64,000 bases of DNA from an uncultured Pseudoflavonifractor sp. (GTDB lineage Bacteria; Bacillota; Clostridia; Oscillospirales; Oscillospiraceae). Where the stretch lies: contig CANEAY010000004.1 in NCBI GenBank assembly GCA_947425785.1, positions 66,960 through 130,959 of the forward strand. Direction: 5' to 3'. The notes under the pieces were generated by a model. That model searched no databases, was not told where the DNA came from, and saw only the letters and a list, made by a program, of their open reading frames with translations. Below, in pieces: positions 27,748 to 36,005 of this stretch (its first letter is position 1; every line of letters starts with the position of its first letter). The position numbers and the translations under genes were made by a program.

Positions 27748-28443
27748 ATGCTCTCCGCCTGGCTCATTTTGATGCTCCACACCCTCTTCTTCCCCCTGCG
27801 CCTGTCCGCCGCAACCGGTTCATTCCCAAGGGCTTTGAAGCCCGAGGAGGAGCGGGAGTGCCTGGAGCGGGCGGCGGCCGGCGACCCCAAAGCCCGGGAT
27901 GAGCTCATCGTCCACAACCTGCGCCTGGTAGCCCACATCGTCAAAAAATACTACACCCAGTCCTGCGAGCAGGACGACCTCATCTCCATCGGCACCATCG
28001 GCCTCATCAAGGGCATCTCCACCTTCAAGCCCGACCGGAATGTGCGCCTTGCTACATACGCCTCCCGGTGCATTGAGAACGAGATCTTAATGTACTTCCG
28101 CTCCCAGAAAAAGCTCCAGGGAGAAGTCTCCCTCTCCGACACTCTGGACGCCGAGGGGGAAGGCAACTCCCTGTCCCTGATGGATGTGCTGCGGGTAGAT
28201 GACAATATGCTGGAGGAGCTCTCCGCCAGAGATGCCGGGACAGCGGTGCGCAAGTGCGTGGAGGACTGCCTGGAGGAGCGGGAGAAGCTGGTGGTCAACC
28301 TGCGCTATGGATTGTCCGGCAGCCACCCCCTCACCCAGCGGGAGATCGCCCAGCAGTGCGGCATCAGCCGGAGCTATGTCAGCCGCATTGAAAAAAAGGC
28401 CCTGGAAAAGCTGAAGGCCGCTTTGGAGAAAGAACTGGATTGA
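27748..28443 (+). CDS. sigK: Mother-cell sporulation sigma factor pro-sigma-K, uninterrupted
   Basis: Hydrophobic pro-peptide then GSFPRAL, HNLRLVAHIVKKY, DDLISIGTIGLIK, LATYASRCIENEILM, TQREIA..ISRSYVSRIEKKAL. Confidence 0.95.
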   Translation: MLSAWLILMLHTLFFPLRLSAATGSFPRALKPEEERECLERAAAGDPKARDELIVHNLRLVAHIVKKYYTQSCEQDDLISIGTIGLIKGISTFKPDRNVRLATYASRCIENEILMYFRSQKKLQGEVSLSDTLDAEGEGNSLSLMDVLRVDDNMLEELSARDAGTAVRKCVEDCLEEREKLVVNLRYGLSGSHPLTQREIAQQCGISRSYVSRIEKKALEKLKAALEKELD

Positions 28444-28468
28444 CAAATGCCTCCGCCTCCCCTATGAT
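28440..28468 (+). promoter_or_regulatory. Sigma-A promoter overlapping the sigK stop codon
   Basis: TTGACA-17 bp-TATGAT. Confidence 0.7.
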
Positions 28469-28501
28469 AGCAGTAACCAAACTGATTAGGAGGCGCATTC
28501 C

Positions 28502-28978
28502 ATGATCTTCTCCAAACTCCATGGTTCCGACACCTTTGCCGCCTATCCCAAGGCCATCCGCCAGGCCCTGGAATTCCTGCGCTCCAGCGACCTGATGGCC
28601 CTGCCTCTGGGCGTCCATCCCATCGACGGGGACAGGATGTTCGCCAATCTGATGGACATGACCACCCGGCCCTTTGAGGGTTCCCACCCGGAAGTCCACG
28701 ACAAATACATTGACCTGATGTACTGGCCCGAAGGGGGCGAGCGCATCGGCGTGGCCCACCGGCTGGGCACCGAGAAGCTGGTGGAACCCCGGCCCGAGGG
28801 GGACATCGACTTTTTGGAAGAGGTGGCGGACGAGAGCTTCCTCACCGCCACCGCCGGGCACTTCGGCATCTTCTTCCCCTGGGACGCCCACCGGCCCGGC
28901 CTGATGCTGGGGGACGAATCCGCCACCAGCCGGAAATGTGTCATCAAGATCAGCATGGAGCTCTTGCAGGAAAATTGA
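28502..28978 (+). CDS. YhcH/YjgK/YiaL (NanQ-like) family protein
   Basis: EVHDKYIDLMY, FGIFFPWDAHRPG, KCVIKI. Confidence 0.9.
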   Translation: MIFSKLHGSDTFAAYPKAIRQALEFLRSSDLMALPLGVHPIDGDRMFANLMDMTTRPFEGSHPEVHDKYIDLMYWPEGGERIGVAHRLGTEKLVEPRPEGDIDFLEEVADESFLTATAGHFGIFFPWDAHRPGLMLGDESATSRKCVIKISMELLQEN

Positions 28979-29484
28979 TGGAGAAGAGGAAACACGTCAC
29001 GCTCAAGGAAAAAATGATCGCCAAGATGATCGACCTCTACCAAGGGAACATCAAGGACATCAACCATTTTCTTAAAGTATACGCTCTGGCGTCTGCCATC
29101 GGCGTGATGGAGGGTCTTGACCAAAGTACCCAGATCACGCTTGAGATCGCCGCCATCGTTCACGACATCGCCTGTCCGCTGTGCCGTGAAAAGTATGGGG
29201 ATACCAACGGGGCGCACCAAGAGGCGGAGAGCAAGCCCCTGCTCGACGAATTTTTGGCGGAATTTGCGCTTCCAAAAGAGACCTATGACCGGGTCATCTT
29301 CCTTGTCACCCACCATCACACCTATTCCAATGTTGACGGGGCAGACTATCAGATCCTTCTGGAGGCTGACTACCTGGTCAACGCGGGAGAGTCAGAGCGG
29401 TATGCCAAAAGCATTCAGCAGTTTCGGCAAAATGTGTTCCGTACTCCGACTGGGCTCGCGCTCCTTGATTCCATGTACCTTTAG
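28978..29484 (+). CDS. HD-domain phosphohydrolase
   Basis: INHFLKV, AAIVHDI, HHHTY, EADYLVN; visibly less GC3-biased than its neighbours. Confidence 0.88.
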   Translation: MEKRKHVTLKEKMIAKMIDLYQGNIKDINHFLKVYALASAIGVMEGLDQSTQITLEIAAIVHDIACPLCREKYGDTNGAHQEAESKPLLDEFLAEFALPKETYDRVIFLVTHHHTYSNVDGADYQILLEADYLVNAGESERYAKSIQQFRQNVFRTPTGLALLDSMYL

Positions 29485-29536
29485 ACCTGTCGGCTGTTTT
29501 ATACCAGGCGCATCTCATATCCTTTTCCATGGATTT

Positions 29537-29572
29537 GAAAAAGAGGAGCGGTATTTGCCGCTCCTCTTTTTC
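29537..29572. repeat. Hairpin/terminator copy 1 flanking the acetyltransferase gene
   Basis: gaaaaagaggagcgg-tatttg-ccgctcctctttttc. Confidence 0.85.
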
Positions 29573-29583
29573 AGAAATGTTGT

Positions 29584-30210
29584 TTAACGCAGCTCCTCCA
29601 ACCGACCGCTTTGAAGTGCGTCCAGGTTGGCGCGGATGCGCTCCTCGGGCCAATCCCACCATTTCAGTGTCTGAAGACACTGAATGGTCTTTTCATCGAA
29701 ACGGCGGCGAATGGGTCTCGCGGGTACACCGCCCACAATGGTATAAGGCGGCACATCCCGGGTCACTACCGCCCGCGCGCCGACAACAGCTCCGTCTCCA
29801 ATGGTCACGCCTGCCAAGATCAAAGCCTCATAGCCGATCCAGACATCGTTGCCCACTGTGATGTCTCCCCTGTTGTCCCACGCCTCCGGGATACGCTCCA
29901 CATCCAGGTTCCACTCTTCAAAAAAGATGGGGAACGTATAGGTAGACAGAGACCGAAGGGAGTGGTTTGCACTATTGAAAAGGAATTTTGCCCCACAGGC
30001 AATGGAACAAAATTTCCCAATGCTCAATCGTTCATGGTTGATGGGATAATGATAAAGCACATTATTCCGCTGGAAATCCCTGGGGTCGTTAACAAAATCA
30101 TCGTAAACGCTGTATGCGCCCACCGAGATAGATGGGTCTGTTACCACGTTTTGCAGATAGACTGTGCTGTGCCCCTGAGAGCGGGGATATATCTTCCATT
30201 CCGGGATCAT
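29584..30210 (-). CDS. Vat/CatB-related hexapeptide-repeat O-acetyltransferase (xenobiotic acyltransferase family)
   Basis: [68 protein letters not shown]; ATG 7 nt after GGAGG. Confidence 0.92.
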   Translation of the reverse strand: MIPEWKIYPRSQGHSTVYLQNVVTDPSISVGAYSVYDDFVNDPRDFQRNNVLYHYPINHERLSIGKFCSIACGAKFLFNSANHSLRSLSTYTFPIFFEEWNLDVERIPEAWDNRGDITVGNDVWIGYEALILAGVTIGDGAVVGARAVVTRDVPPYTIVGGVPARPIRRRFDEKTIQCLQTLKWWDWPEERIRANLDALQSGRLEELR

Positions 30211-30315
30211 CAAAAAACCTCCAAAATATGTGTTGTCTCAATAGATGACCCCGGTTTTGACAATGCAGCGCTTCACGCATACCACCTCCATCCGGCCTCA
30301 AGCCAGGCTGACCCT

Positions 30316-30344
30316 ATCATATCACACGAACTGCGTATTTTCAA
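30316..30344 (-). promoter_or_regulatory. Sigma-A promoter of the acetyltransferase gene
   Basis: Minus strand TTGAAA-17 bp-TATGAT. Confidence 0.65.
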
Positions 30345-30350
30345 TCAATG

Positions 30351-30392
30351 GGCAAAAAAGAGGAGCGGCAAATGCCGCTCCTCTTTTTTGCC
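30351..30392. repeat. Hairpin/terminator copy 2 flanking the acetyltransferase gene
   Basis: ggcaaaaaagaggagcggca-aa-tgccgctcctcttttttgcc (20-bp arms); 33 of 34 nt match the reverse complement of copy 1. Confidence 0.85.
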
Positions 30393-30395
30393 TTC

Positions 30396-30566
30396 TTAGA
30401 ACCGCATGTCCTCGCTGATGGTCTCCATGACCTGGCCCACCGTCTTCATGGCTTTACCGGCGGCCTTCTTCATGTTGGTCTTCTTTTTGGGGGCCACGGC
30501 CGCCCCCAGCGCGGTGCCGGCCAACATGCCCAGGCCCATACCCTTGACAAAGTTGTTCTGCTTCAT
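30396..30566 (-). CDS. Small YtxH-like membrane protein, 56 aa (below the ORF-track cutoff)
   Basis: MKQNNFVKGMGLGMLAGTALGAAVAPKKKTNMKKAAGKAMKTVGQVMETISEDMRF; GGAGGGAG RBS; G-x-x-x-G helix followed by a basic amphipathic tail. Confidence 0.8.
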   Translation of the reverse strand: MKQNNFVKGMGLGMLAGTALGAAVAPKKKTNMKKAAGKAMKTVGQVMETISEDMRF

Positions 30567-30697
30567 GTTTCTCCCTCCTCTTCCCTCTTTTTCTGTGTTT
30601 GGGAGGCACTTTTGCTCCCATCATTATTATTGCCCTAAACGGGGAAAAAAACGTTGCGAAAACTTCCAATTTCCTTTATAATAAAAGACAGAAAAGC

Positions 30698-30733
30698 CAG
30701 AGGGGCGAGGCATGGAGCCTCCGCCTCTTTTTT
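30698..30733 (+). terminator. Attenuator-like terminator in the pyrC leader
   Basis: agaggggcgaggc-atgga-gcctccgcctct followed by a T tract, lying between a TTGCGA/TATAAT-like promoter (30654-30684) and the pyrC RBS. Confidence 0.65.
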
Positions 30734-30758
30734 GCGGGACAGAAAGGAGCCTTACCGC

Positions 30759-32039
30759 GTGAAATACCTCATTCGAAAGGGACGCCTGGTAGACCCGGCA
30801 GGCGGTATCGGCGGAGTCATGGACATCCTGCTGGAGGACGGCCGGGTCGCCGTCATCGGCAGTGACCTCTGCGACCCCTCCGCCCAGGTCATCGACGCCG
30901 CCGGCCTCACCGTCTGCGCGGGGCTGGTGGACATGCACGTCCACCTGCGGGAGCCGGGCTTTGAATACAAAGAGACCATCGCCACCGGCGCCCAGGCCGC
31001 CGCTGCCGGAGGCTTCACCTCCATCGCCTGTATGCCCAACACCAAGCCCGTCATCGACTGCCCCGAGGGGGTGGCCTTCGTCAAGGAGCGGGCCGCCCAG
31101 GCCACCGGCGCCCAAGTTTTCCCCATCGCCGCCGTCTCCAAGGGCCAGCTGGGCCAGGAGGTCAACGACTACGAGGCGCTGAAGGAGGCCGGGGCCGTGG
31201 CCCTCTCCGACGACGGCGTGCCGGTGCAGAACGCCAACCTCCTCCGGGACGCCATGATCCTGGCCCACCGCCAGGGCCTCGCCATCCTCTCCCACTGCGA
31301 GGACGCCGACATGGTGCAGAACTTCGCCGTCAACGAGGGCCGGGTCTCCCGGCAGCTGCGCATCCCCGGCCGTCCCGCCATTGCCGAAGAGCTCCAGGTC
31401 ATGCGGGAGGCCATGCTGGCGGAGGAGACCGGGGCGGCGGTACACATTTGCCACATCTCCACCGCCAAGTCGGTATCCATCGTCCGCCGGTATAAGAAAA
31501 AAGGGGTGCGCATCACCTGCGAGACCTGCCCCCAGTATTTCACCTTCACCGAGGAGGAGGTGCTCAACCAGGGCTCCCTGGCCCGGGTCAACCCGCCCCT
31601 GCGCACCAGCGCCGACGTGGAGGGCATCATCGAGGGGCTGAAGGACGGCACCATCGACGCCATCGCCACCGACCACGCGCCCCATGCCGCCGAGGAGAAG
31701 TCCCGGCCCCTCACCCAGGCCCCCAGCGGCATGATCGGGCTGGAGACCTCACTGGCCGCCTCCCTCACCGCCCTCTACCACACCGGGGAGATGAGCCTTT
31801 CCGACGTGCTGCGGAAGATGACCGTCAACCCGGCGGGCATCCTCCGCCTGCCCAACAAGGGCAGGCTGGCGGTGGGCGCCGACGCCGATCTGGTGCTCTT
31901 CGACCCCAACGAAGAGTGGGTAGTAGACCCGGAAGGATTCCGCTCCATGGCACGGAACACCCCCTTCGCCGGGAAAACCTTGAAGGGCCGGGTGAAGTAC
32001 ACCATCCTGGGCGGAGAGATCATCTATCAGGAACAGTAA
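30759..32039 (+). CDS. pyrC: Dihydroorotase
   Basis: DMHVHLREPG, CMPNT, HCED, HICHIST, ATDHAPH; GTG start after an AAAGGAG RBS. Confidence 0.96.
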   Translation: MKYLIRKGRLVDPAGGIGGVMDILLEDGRVAVIGSDLCDPSAQVIDAAGLTVCAGLVDMHVHLREPGFEYKETIATGAQAAAAGGFTSIACMPNTKPVIDCPEGVAFVKERAAQATGAQVFPIAAVSKGQLGQEVNDYEALKEAGAVALSDDGVPVQNANLLRDAMILAHRQGLAILSHCEDADMVQNFAVNEGRVSRQLRIPGRPAIAEELQVMREAMLAEETGAAVHICHISTAKSVSIVRRYKKKGVRITCETCPQYFTFTEEEVLNQGSLARVNPPLRTSADVEGIIEGLKDGTIDAIATDHAPHAAEEKSRPLTQAPSGMIGLETSLAASLTALYHTGEMSLSDVLRKMTVNPAGILRLPNKGRLAVGADADLVLFDPNEEWVVDPEGFRSMARNTPFAGKTLKGRVKYTILGGEIIYQEQ

Positions 32040-32054
32040 AAGGGAGGAATCATC

Positions 32055-32978
32055 ATGTCTTTTGACCATCTGCAGCAGCTCATCAAGGCCAAGAAGAACC
32101 CCACTGTGGCGGGGCTGGATCCCAAGCCGGAGTATGTGCCCCCCCATCTTCTGAAGGCCAGTCTGGACAAATACGGCGAGACCCTGGAGGGCGCCGCCGA
32201 CGCCATCTACCAGTTCAACGTGGGCCTTATGGACGCCCTGTGTGATATCGTCCCCGCCGTCAAGCCCCAGTCCGCCTTCTATGAGCGGTTGGGCTGGCAG
32301 GGGATGCTGGTGCTGGAAAAGACCATCCGCTACGCCCAGGACAAAGGCTTTTTCGTCATCGCCGACGCCAAGCGGGGAGACATTGGCTCCACCGCCCAGG
32401 CCTACAGCGAAGCCTGGCTGGGCAAGACCCGGGTGGGCCAGACCGAACTGTCCGCCTTCAACGCCGACTGCCTTACCATCAACGGTTATTTAGGCTCCGA
32501 CGGCATCGACCCCTTCCTGGAGACCTGCCGCCGGGAGGACAAGTGCTTTTTCAACCTGGTAAAGACCTCCAACCCCAGCTCCGGGGAGCTTCAGGACATG
32601 GTGGCCGGAGACCGGGTGGTCTATCAGGTCATGGGCGACCTCACCGCCCGCCTGGGCCGGGACGACATCGGCAAGTTCGGCTACAGCCGGGCCGGGGCAG
32701 TGGTGGGGGCCACCTACCCCTCCGACCTGCGCTCCCTGCGCAAGCGGCTGGAGCACACTTTCTTCCTGGTACCCGGATACGGCGCCCAGGGGGGCACCGC
32801 CGAGGACGTGCGCTTCGCCTTCGACAAGTACGGCCGGGGCGCCATCGTCAACGCCTCCCGCTCCATCATGTGCGCCTGGCAGAAGACGGGCCACGACGGT
32901 CAGGACTATCAGGACGCCGCCCGCGCCGCCGCCGAGGCCATGCGGGACGATATCAAGCAGTTCGTCACCATCCTGTAA
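32055..32978 (+). CDS. pyrF: Orotidine-5'-phosphate decarboxylase (long subfamily)
   Basis: VAGLDP, VKPQSAFYE, DAKRGDIGST, KTSNPSS, VVGATYP, LVPGYGAQGG, NASRSI. Confidence 0.96.
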   Translation: MSFDHLQQLIKAKKNPTVAGLDPKPEYVPPHLLKASLDKYGETLEGAADAIYQFNVGLMDALCDIVPAVKPQSAFYERLGWQGMLVLEKTIRYAQDKGFFVIADAKRGDIGSTAQAYSEAWLGKTRVGQTELSAFNADCLTINGYLGSDGIDPFLETCRREDKCFFNLVKTSNPSSGELQDMVAGDRVVYQVMGDLTARLGRDDIGKFGYSRAGAVVGATYPSDLRSLRKRLEHTFFLVPGYGAQGGTAEDVRFAFDKYGRGAIVNASRSIMCAWQKTGHDGQDYQDAARAAAEAMRDDIKQFVTIL

Positions 32979-32984
32979 GATGAG

Positions 32985-33773
32985 GTGAGCCCCTTGCAAG
33001 TGGAAACCTCCTGCAAAATTTTATATAAGGACGCCCCCAACCCCCACGCCATCCGCTTTGAGCTGGCGGTGGGGGATATGGTGGAGCGCTCCTGCAAGGC
33101 CCCCGGACAGTTCGTCCACATCAAGTGCGGCCCCCAGCGGCTCCTGCGGCGGCCCATCTCGGTCTGCTCCTGCCAGAGCGGACCGGCGGGGGACGACCTG
33201 CTCACTGTAGTCTTTGAAGTGCGGGGGGAGGGTACCGCCTGGCTGGCCCAGCGCCGGGAGGGGGACTGCCTGGACGTGCTGGGCCTGCTGGGCAATGGAT
33301 TCCATATGGAGCCCCAGGGGCGCTATCTCCTGGTGGGGGGCGGCATCGGCGTTCCCCCCATGCTGGGCTGTGCCGAGAACGCGCCCTCCCGCTGTGACGC
33401 GGTGCTGGGCTTTCGGGACAGCAGCCATGCCCTGCTGCTGAACGAGTTCAGTGCCCACTGCGGCAGCGTGGCGGTGGCCACCGAGGACGGCTCTCTGGGA
33501 GAGCGGGGCTTTGTCACCGGGCCTGTGGAGGCCCTTTTGGAGAAAAACCGCTATGACGCCGTCCTCTGCTGCGGCCCCCGGCCCATGCTGAAGGCGGTCG
33601 CCGGGCTTGCGGCGCGGTTGGGCCTTCCCTGCCAGGTCTCCCTGGAGGAGCGGATGGCCTGCGGCGTGGGGGCCTGCCTGGGCTGCGCCGTCCCCATGGC
33701 CGACGGTTCCATGAAGCACGTGTGCAAGGACGGGCCCATCTTCAACGCCGGGGAGGTGGACTGGAATGGCTGA
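32985..33773 (+). CDS. pyrK: Dihydroorotate dehydrogenase electron transfer subunit
   Basis: PGQF, LRRPIS, VGGGIGVPP, CGPRPM, EERMACGVGACLGC..VCKDGPIF. Confidence 0.95.
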   Translation: MSPLQVETSCKILYKDAPNPHAIRFELAVGDMVERSCKAPGQFVHIKCGPQRLLRRPISVCSCQSGPAGDDLLTVVFEVRGEGTAWLAQRREGDCLDVLGLLGNGFHMEPQGRYLLVGGGIGVPPMLGCAENAPSRCDAVLGFRDSSHALLLNEFSAHCGSVAVATEDGSLGERGFVTGPVEALLEKNRYDAVLCCGPRPMLKAVAGLAARLGLPCQVSLEERMACGVGACLGCAVPMADGSMKHVCKDGPIFNAGEVDWNG

Positions 33774-34677
33774 TATGAGAGTCAATTTGGCCGGTGTAGA
33801 GCTGAAAAACCCCGTCACTGTGGCCTCCGGCACCTTCGGCTTCGGCCGGGAATACAGCGAATTTTTCGATATCTCCAAACTGGGCGGCATCAGCGTCAAG
33901 GGACTTACCCCCCTGCCCCGCCAGGGGAATCCCGCCCCCCGCATCGCCGAGACTCCCATGGGGATGCTCAACTCTGTGGGCCTTCAAAACCCCGGTGTGG
34001 ACGCCTTCATCGCCCATGAGCTGCCCTGGCTCAAGGCCCAGGGCACCGTCATCATCGCCAACATCTCGGGCAGCACCCCGGAGGAGTATGGCGAGATGTG
34101 CGAAAAGCTGTCGGCGGCGGGGGTGGATATGATCGAGGTCAACATCTCCTGCCCCAACGTGAAGGCGGGGGGGCTGGCCTACGGCACCCGGCCGGAGCTG
34201 GCCGCCGAGGTCACCACTGTGGCTAAAGCCCATGCCGCTGTGCCCGTGATGGTGAAGCTCTCTCCCAATGTCACCGACATCACCGAGATCACCAAGGCGG
34301 TGGAGGGGGCGGGGGCGGACGCCATCAGCCTCATCAACACCCTTCGGGGCATGGTCATCGACGTGAAGACCCGCCGCCCCATTTTGAAAATGAACACCGG
34401 CGGCCTGTCCGGCCCCGCCGTCCTCCCCATCGCTGTGCGGATGGTGTGGGAAGTGCACAACGCGGTGAAGCTGCCCATCCTGGGCATGGGTGGGGTCTCC
34501 TCCGGCTCCGACGCCGCCCAGCTCATGCTGGCGGGAGCCGCCGCCGTGGCGGTGGGGGCCGCCACCTTTGCCGACCCTATGGCTCCCATAAGGGTGCTGG
34601 AGGAGCTGGGAGAACTCTGCGACAGTCAGGGTCTTTCAAGCGTTACCCAGCTCACCGGGGCCGTTCAGCCATGGTAA
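33766..34677 (+). CDS. pyrD: Dihydroorotate dehydrogenase B catalytic subunit
   Basis: KNPVTVASGTFG, NSVGLQNPG, NISCPNV, KLSPNVTDI, GGLSGPAV. Confidence 0.97.
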   Translation: MADMRVNLAGVELKNPVTVASGTFGFGREYSEFFDISKLGGISVKGLTPLPRQGNPAPRIAETPMGMLNSVGLQNPGVDAFIAHELPWLKAQGTVIIANISGSTPEEYGEMCEKLSAAGVDMIEVNISCPNVKAGGLAYGTRPELAAEVTTVAKAHAAVPVMVKLSPNVTDITEITKAVEGAGADAISLINTLRGMVIDVKTRRPILKMNTGGLSGPAVLPIAVRMVWEVHNAVKLPILGMGGVSSGSDAAQLMLAGAAAVAVGAATFADPMAPIRVLEELGELCDSQGLSSVTQLTGAVQPW

Positions 34678-34703
34678 AACCGCCAAGAAAGGGAGCCTGA
34701 AGC

Positions 34704-35837
34704 ATGACACGGATCTATCTTATCCGCCACGCCGAGGCGGAGGGCAACCTCTACCGCCGGGCCCAAGGCTGGTATGACGGCCACATCACCGAGACCGGAA
34801 AACTGCAGATCGCCGCCCTGGAGGAACGGTTCCGGGACATCCCTGTGGATGCCGCCTACGCCAGCGACCTGCGCCGCACCCAGCAGACCGCCCAGGCGGT
34901 GGTACGGCCCAAGGGCCTCACCCTCAACATTGACCCCGACCTGAAGGAGATCGGTATGGGGATCTATGAGGACTTCACCTTCGGCCACCTCCACCACCAC
35001 TATCCCGAAGGGAGCAGGCTCTTTTATATCTGTTCTCCCGACTGGGCCCCCGAGGGGGGCGAGACCTTCCAGCAGGTGCAGAAGCGGATGACCCGGGCCT
35101 TTTTCCGTATTGCCCAGACTCATCCCGGCCAGACGGTGACCCTATTCTCCCACGGCACCGCCATCAAATGCCTCCTCTCCGCCCTCCGGGGCAAGCATCC
35201 GGTGGACACTCCCGAGCTGGGCCACCCGGAGAATACCGCCGTGTCCTGTGTGGAGGTGGACGGCGACCTCTTCCGCATCCTCTTTGAAAACGATGCCTCC
35301 CACCTGCCCCCGGAGATCGCTACCATGGCCAGGCAGAAACTGCGTATGGCCCAGGGACCTCTGCCCCAGGTGTGGTTCCGGGCGCTGGATCTAAAAAAGG
35401 AGGCTCCATTTTACTCCGACGCCCGGAAGGACGCCTGGCAGAGCATTTACGGCACCCTGGCGGGCTATGACGGCCCCGGTTTCCTGACAGAGGCCAGAGA
35501 GCAGTCCATCTTAGACCCCAGAGCCCTCCAGGCAGTGATGCTGGAGGACGCCATGGTGGGCGTGCTCCAGCTGGCCACCCTGCGTTACGCCGGGGAGCGG
35601 GTGGGCTACATCCCCTTCCTCTATCTCGTCCCCCAGTGGCAGCGCAAAGGTATTGGCGTACAGCTCATCGGTCAGGCAGTATCCCTCTACCGCTCCATGG
35701 GCCGGCGGTGCCTGCGGCTGCGCTGTGCCCCGGACAACGATCCCGCCCAGCGGTTCTACCGGCGCTGCGGCTTCTACTCCATCGGCTCCGTCCCCGGGGC
35801 CCTGGGGCCTCTGGACTTGCTGGAAAAGAAAATTTGA
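34704..35837 (+). CDS. Histidine phosphatase (PGM family) fused to a GNAT N-acetyltransferase
   Basis: YLIRHAE, ASDLRRTQQTA, LKEI, GGETF, FSHG; C-terminal LYLVPQWQRKGIG...N..AQRFYRRCGF. Confidence 0.88.
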   Translation: MTRIYLIRHAEAEGNLYRRAQGWYDGHITETGKLQIAALEERFRDIPVDAAYASDLRRTQQTAQAVVRPKGLTLNIDPDLKEIGMGIYEDFTFGHLHHHYPEGSRLFYICSPDWAPEGGETFQQVQKRMTRAFFRIAQTHPGQTVTLFSHGTAIKCLLSALRGKHPVDTPELGHPENTAVSCVEVDGDLFRILFENDASHLPPEIATMARQKLRMAQGPLPQVWFRALDLKKEAPFYSDARKDAWQSIYGTLAGYDGPGFLTEAREQSILDPRALQAVMLEDAMVGVLQLATLRYAGERVGYIPFLYLVPQWQRKGIGVQLIGQAVSLYRSMGRRCLRLRCAPDNDPAQRFYRRCGFYSIGSVPGALGPLDLLEKKI

Positions 35838-36005
35838 TACCCGCAGGTTTCCTAAAATCTCCGTTTCTTTCCCCCGCTTTTACGTCAAAACGTCAATTTT
35901 ACCCAGTATCCCCCTTTTTTTGTTTACGAATCCTTTCGTCCCATATATAATGTAGTTGTATTTTTAGAATGGGAAGTATCGGCTCAAGCGACCTATCGTC
36001 AAAAA

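Noticed and set aside
27748-28443. skin-like element interrupting sigK
   Set aside because: The reading frame is continuous through all sigma regions.
30567-30650. Sigma-F promoter for the 56-aa gene (GGCAATAAT on the minus strand)
   Set aside because: The -10-like word is present, but the best -35 candidate is 13 bp away rather than about 15, so support is too weak to call.
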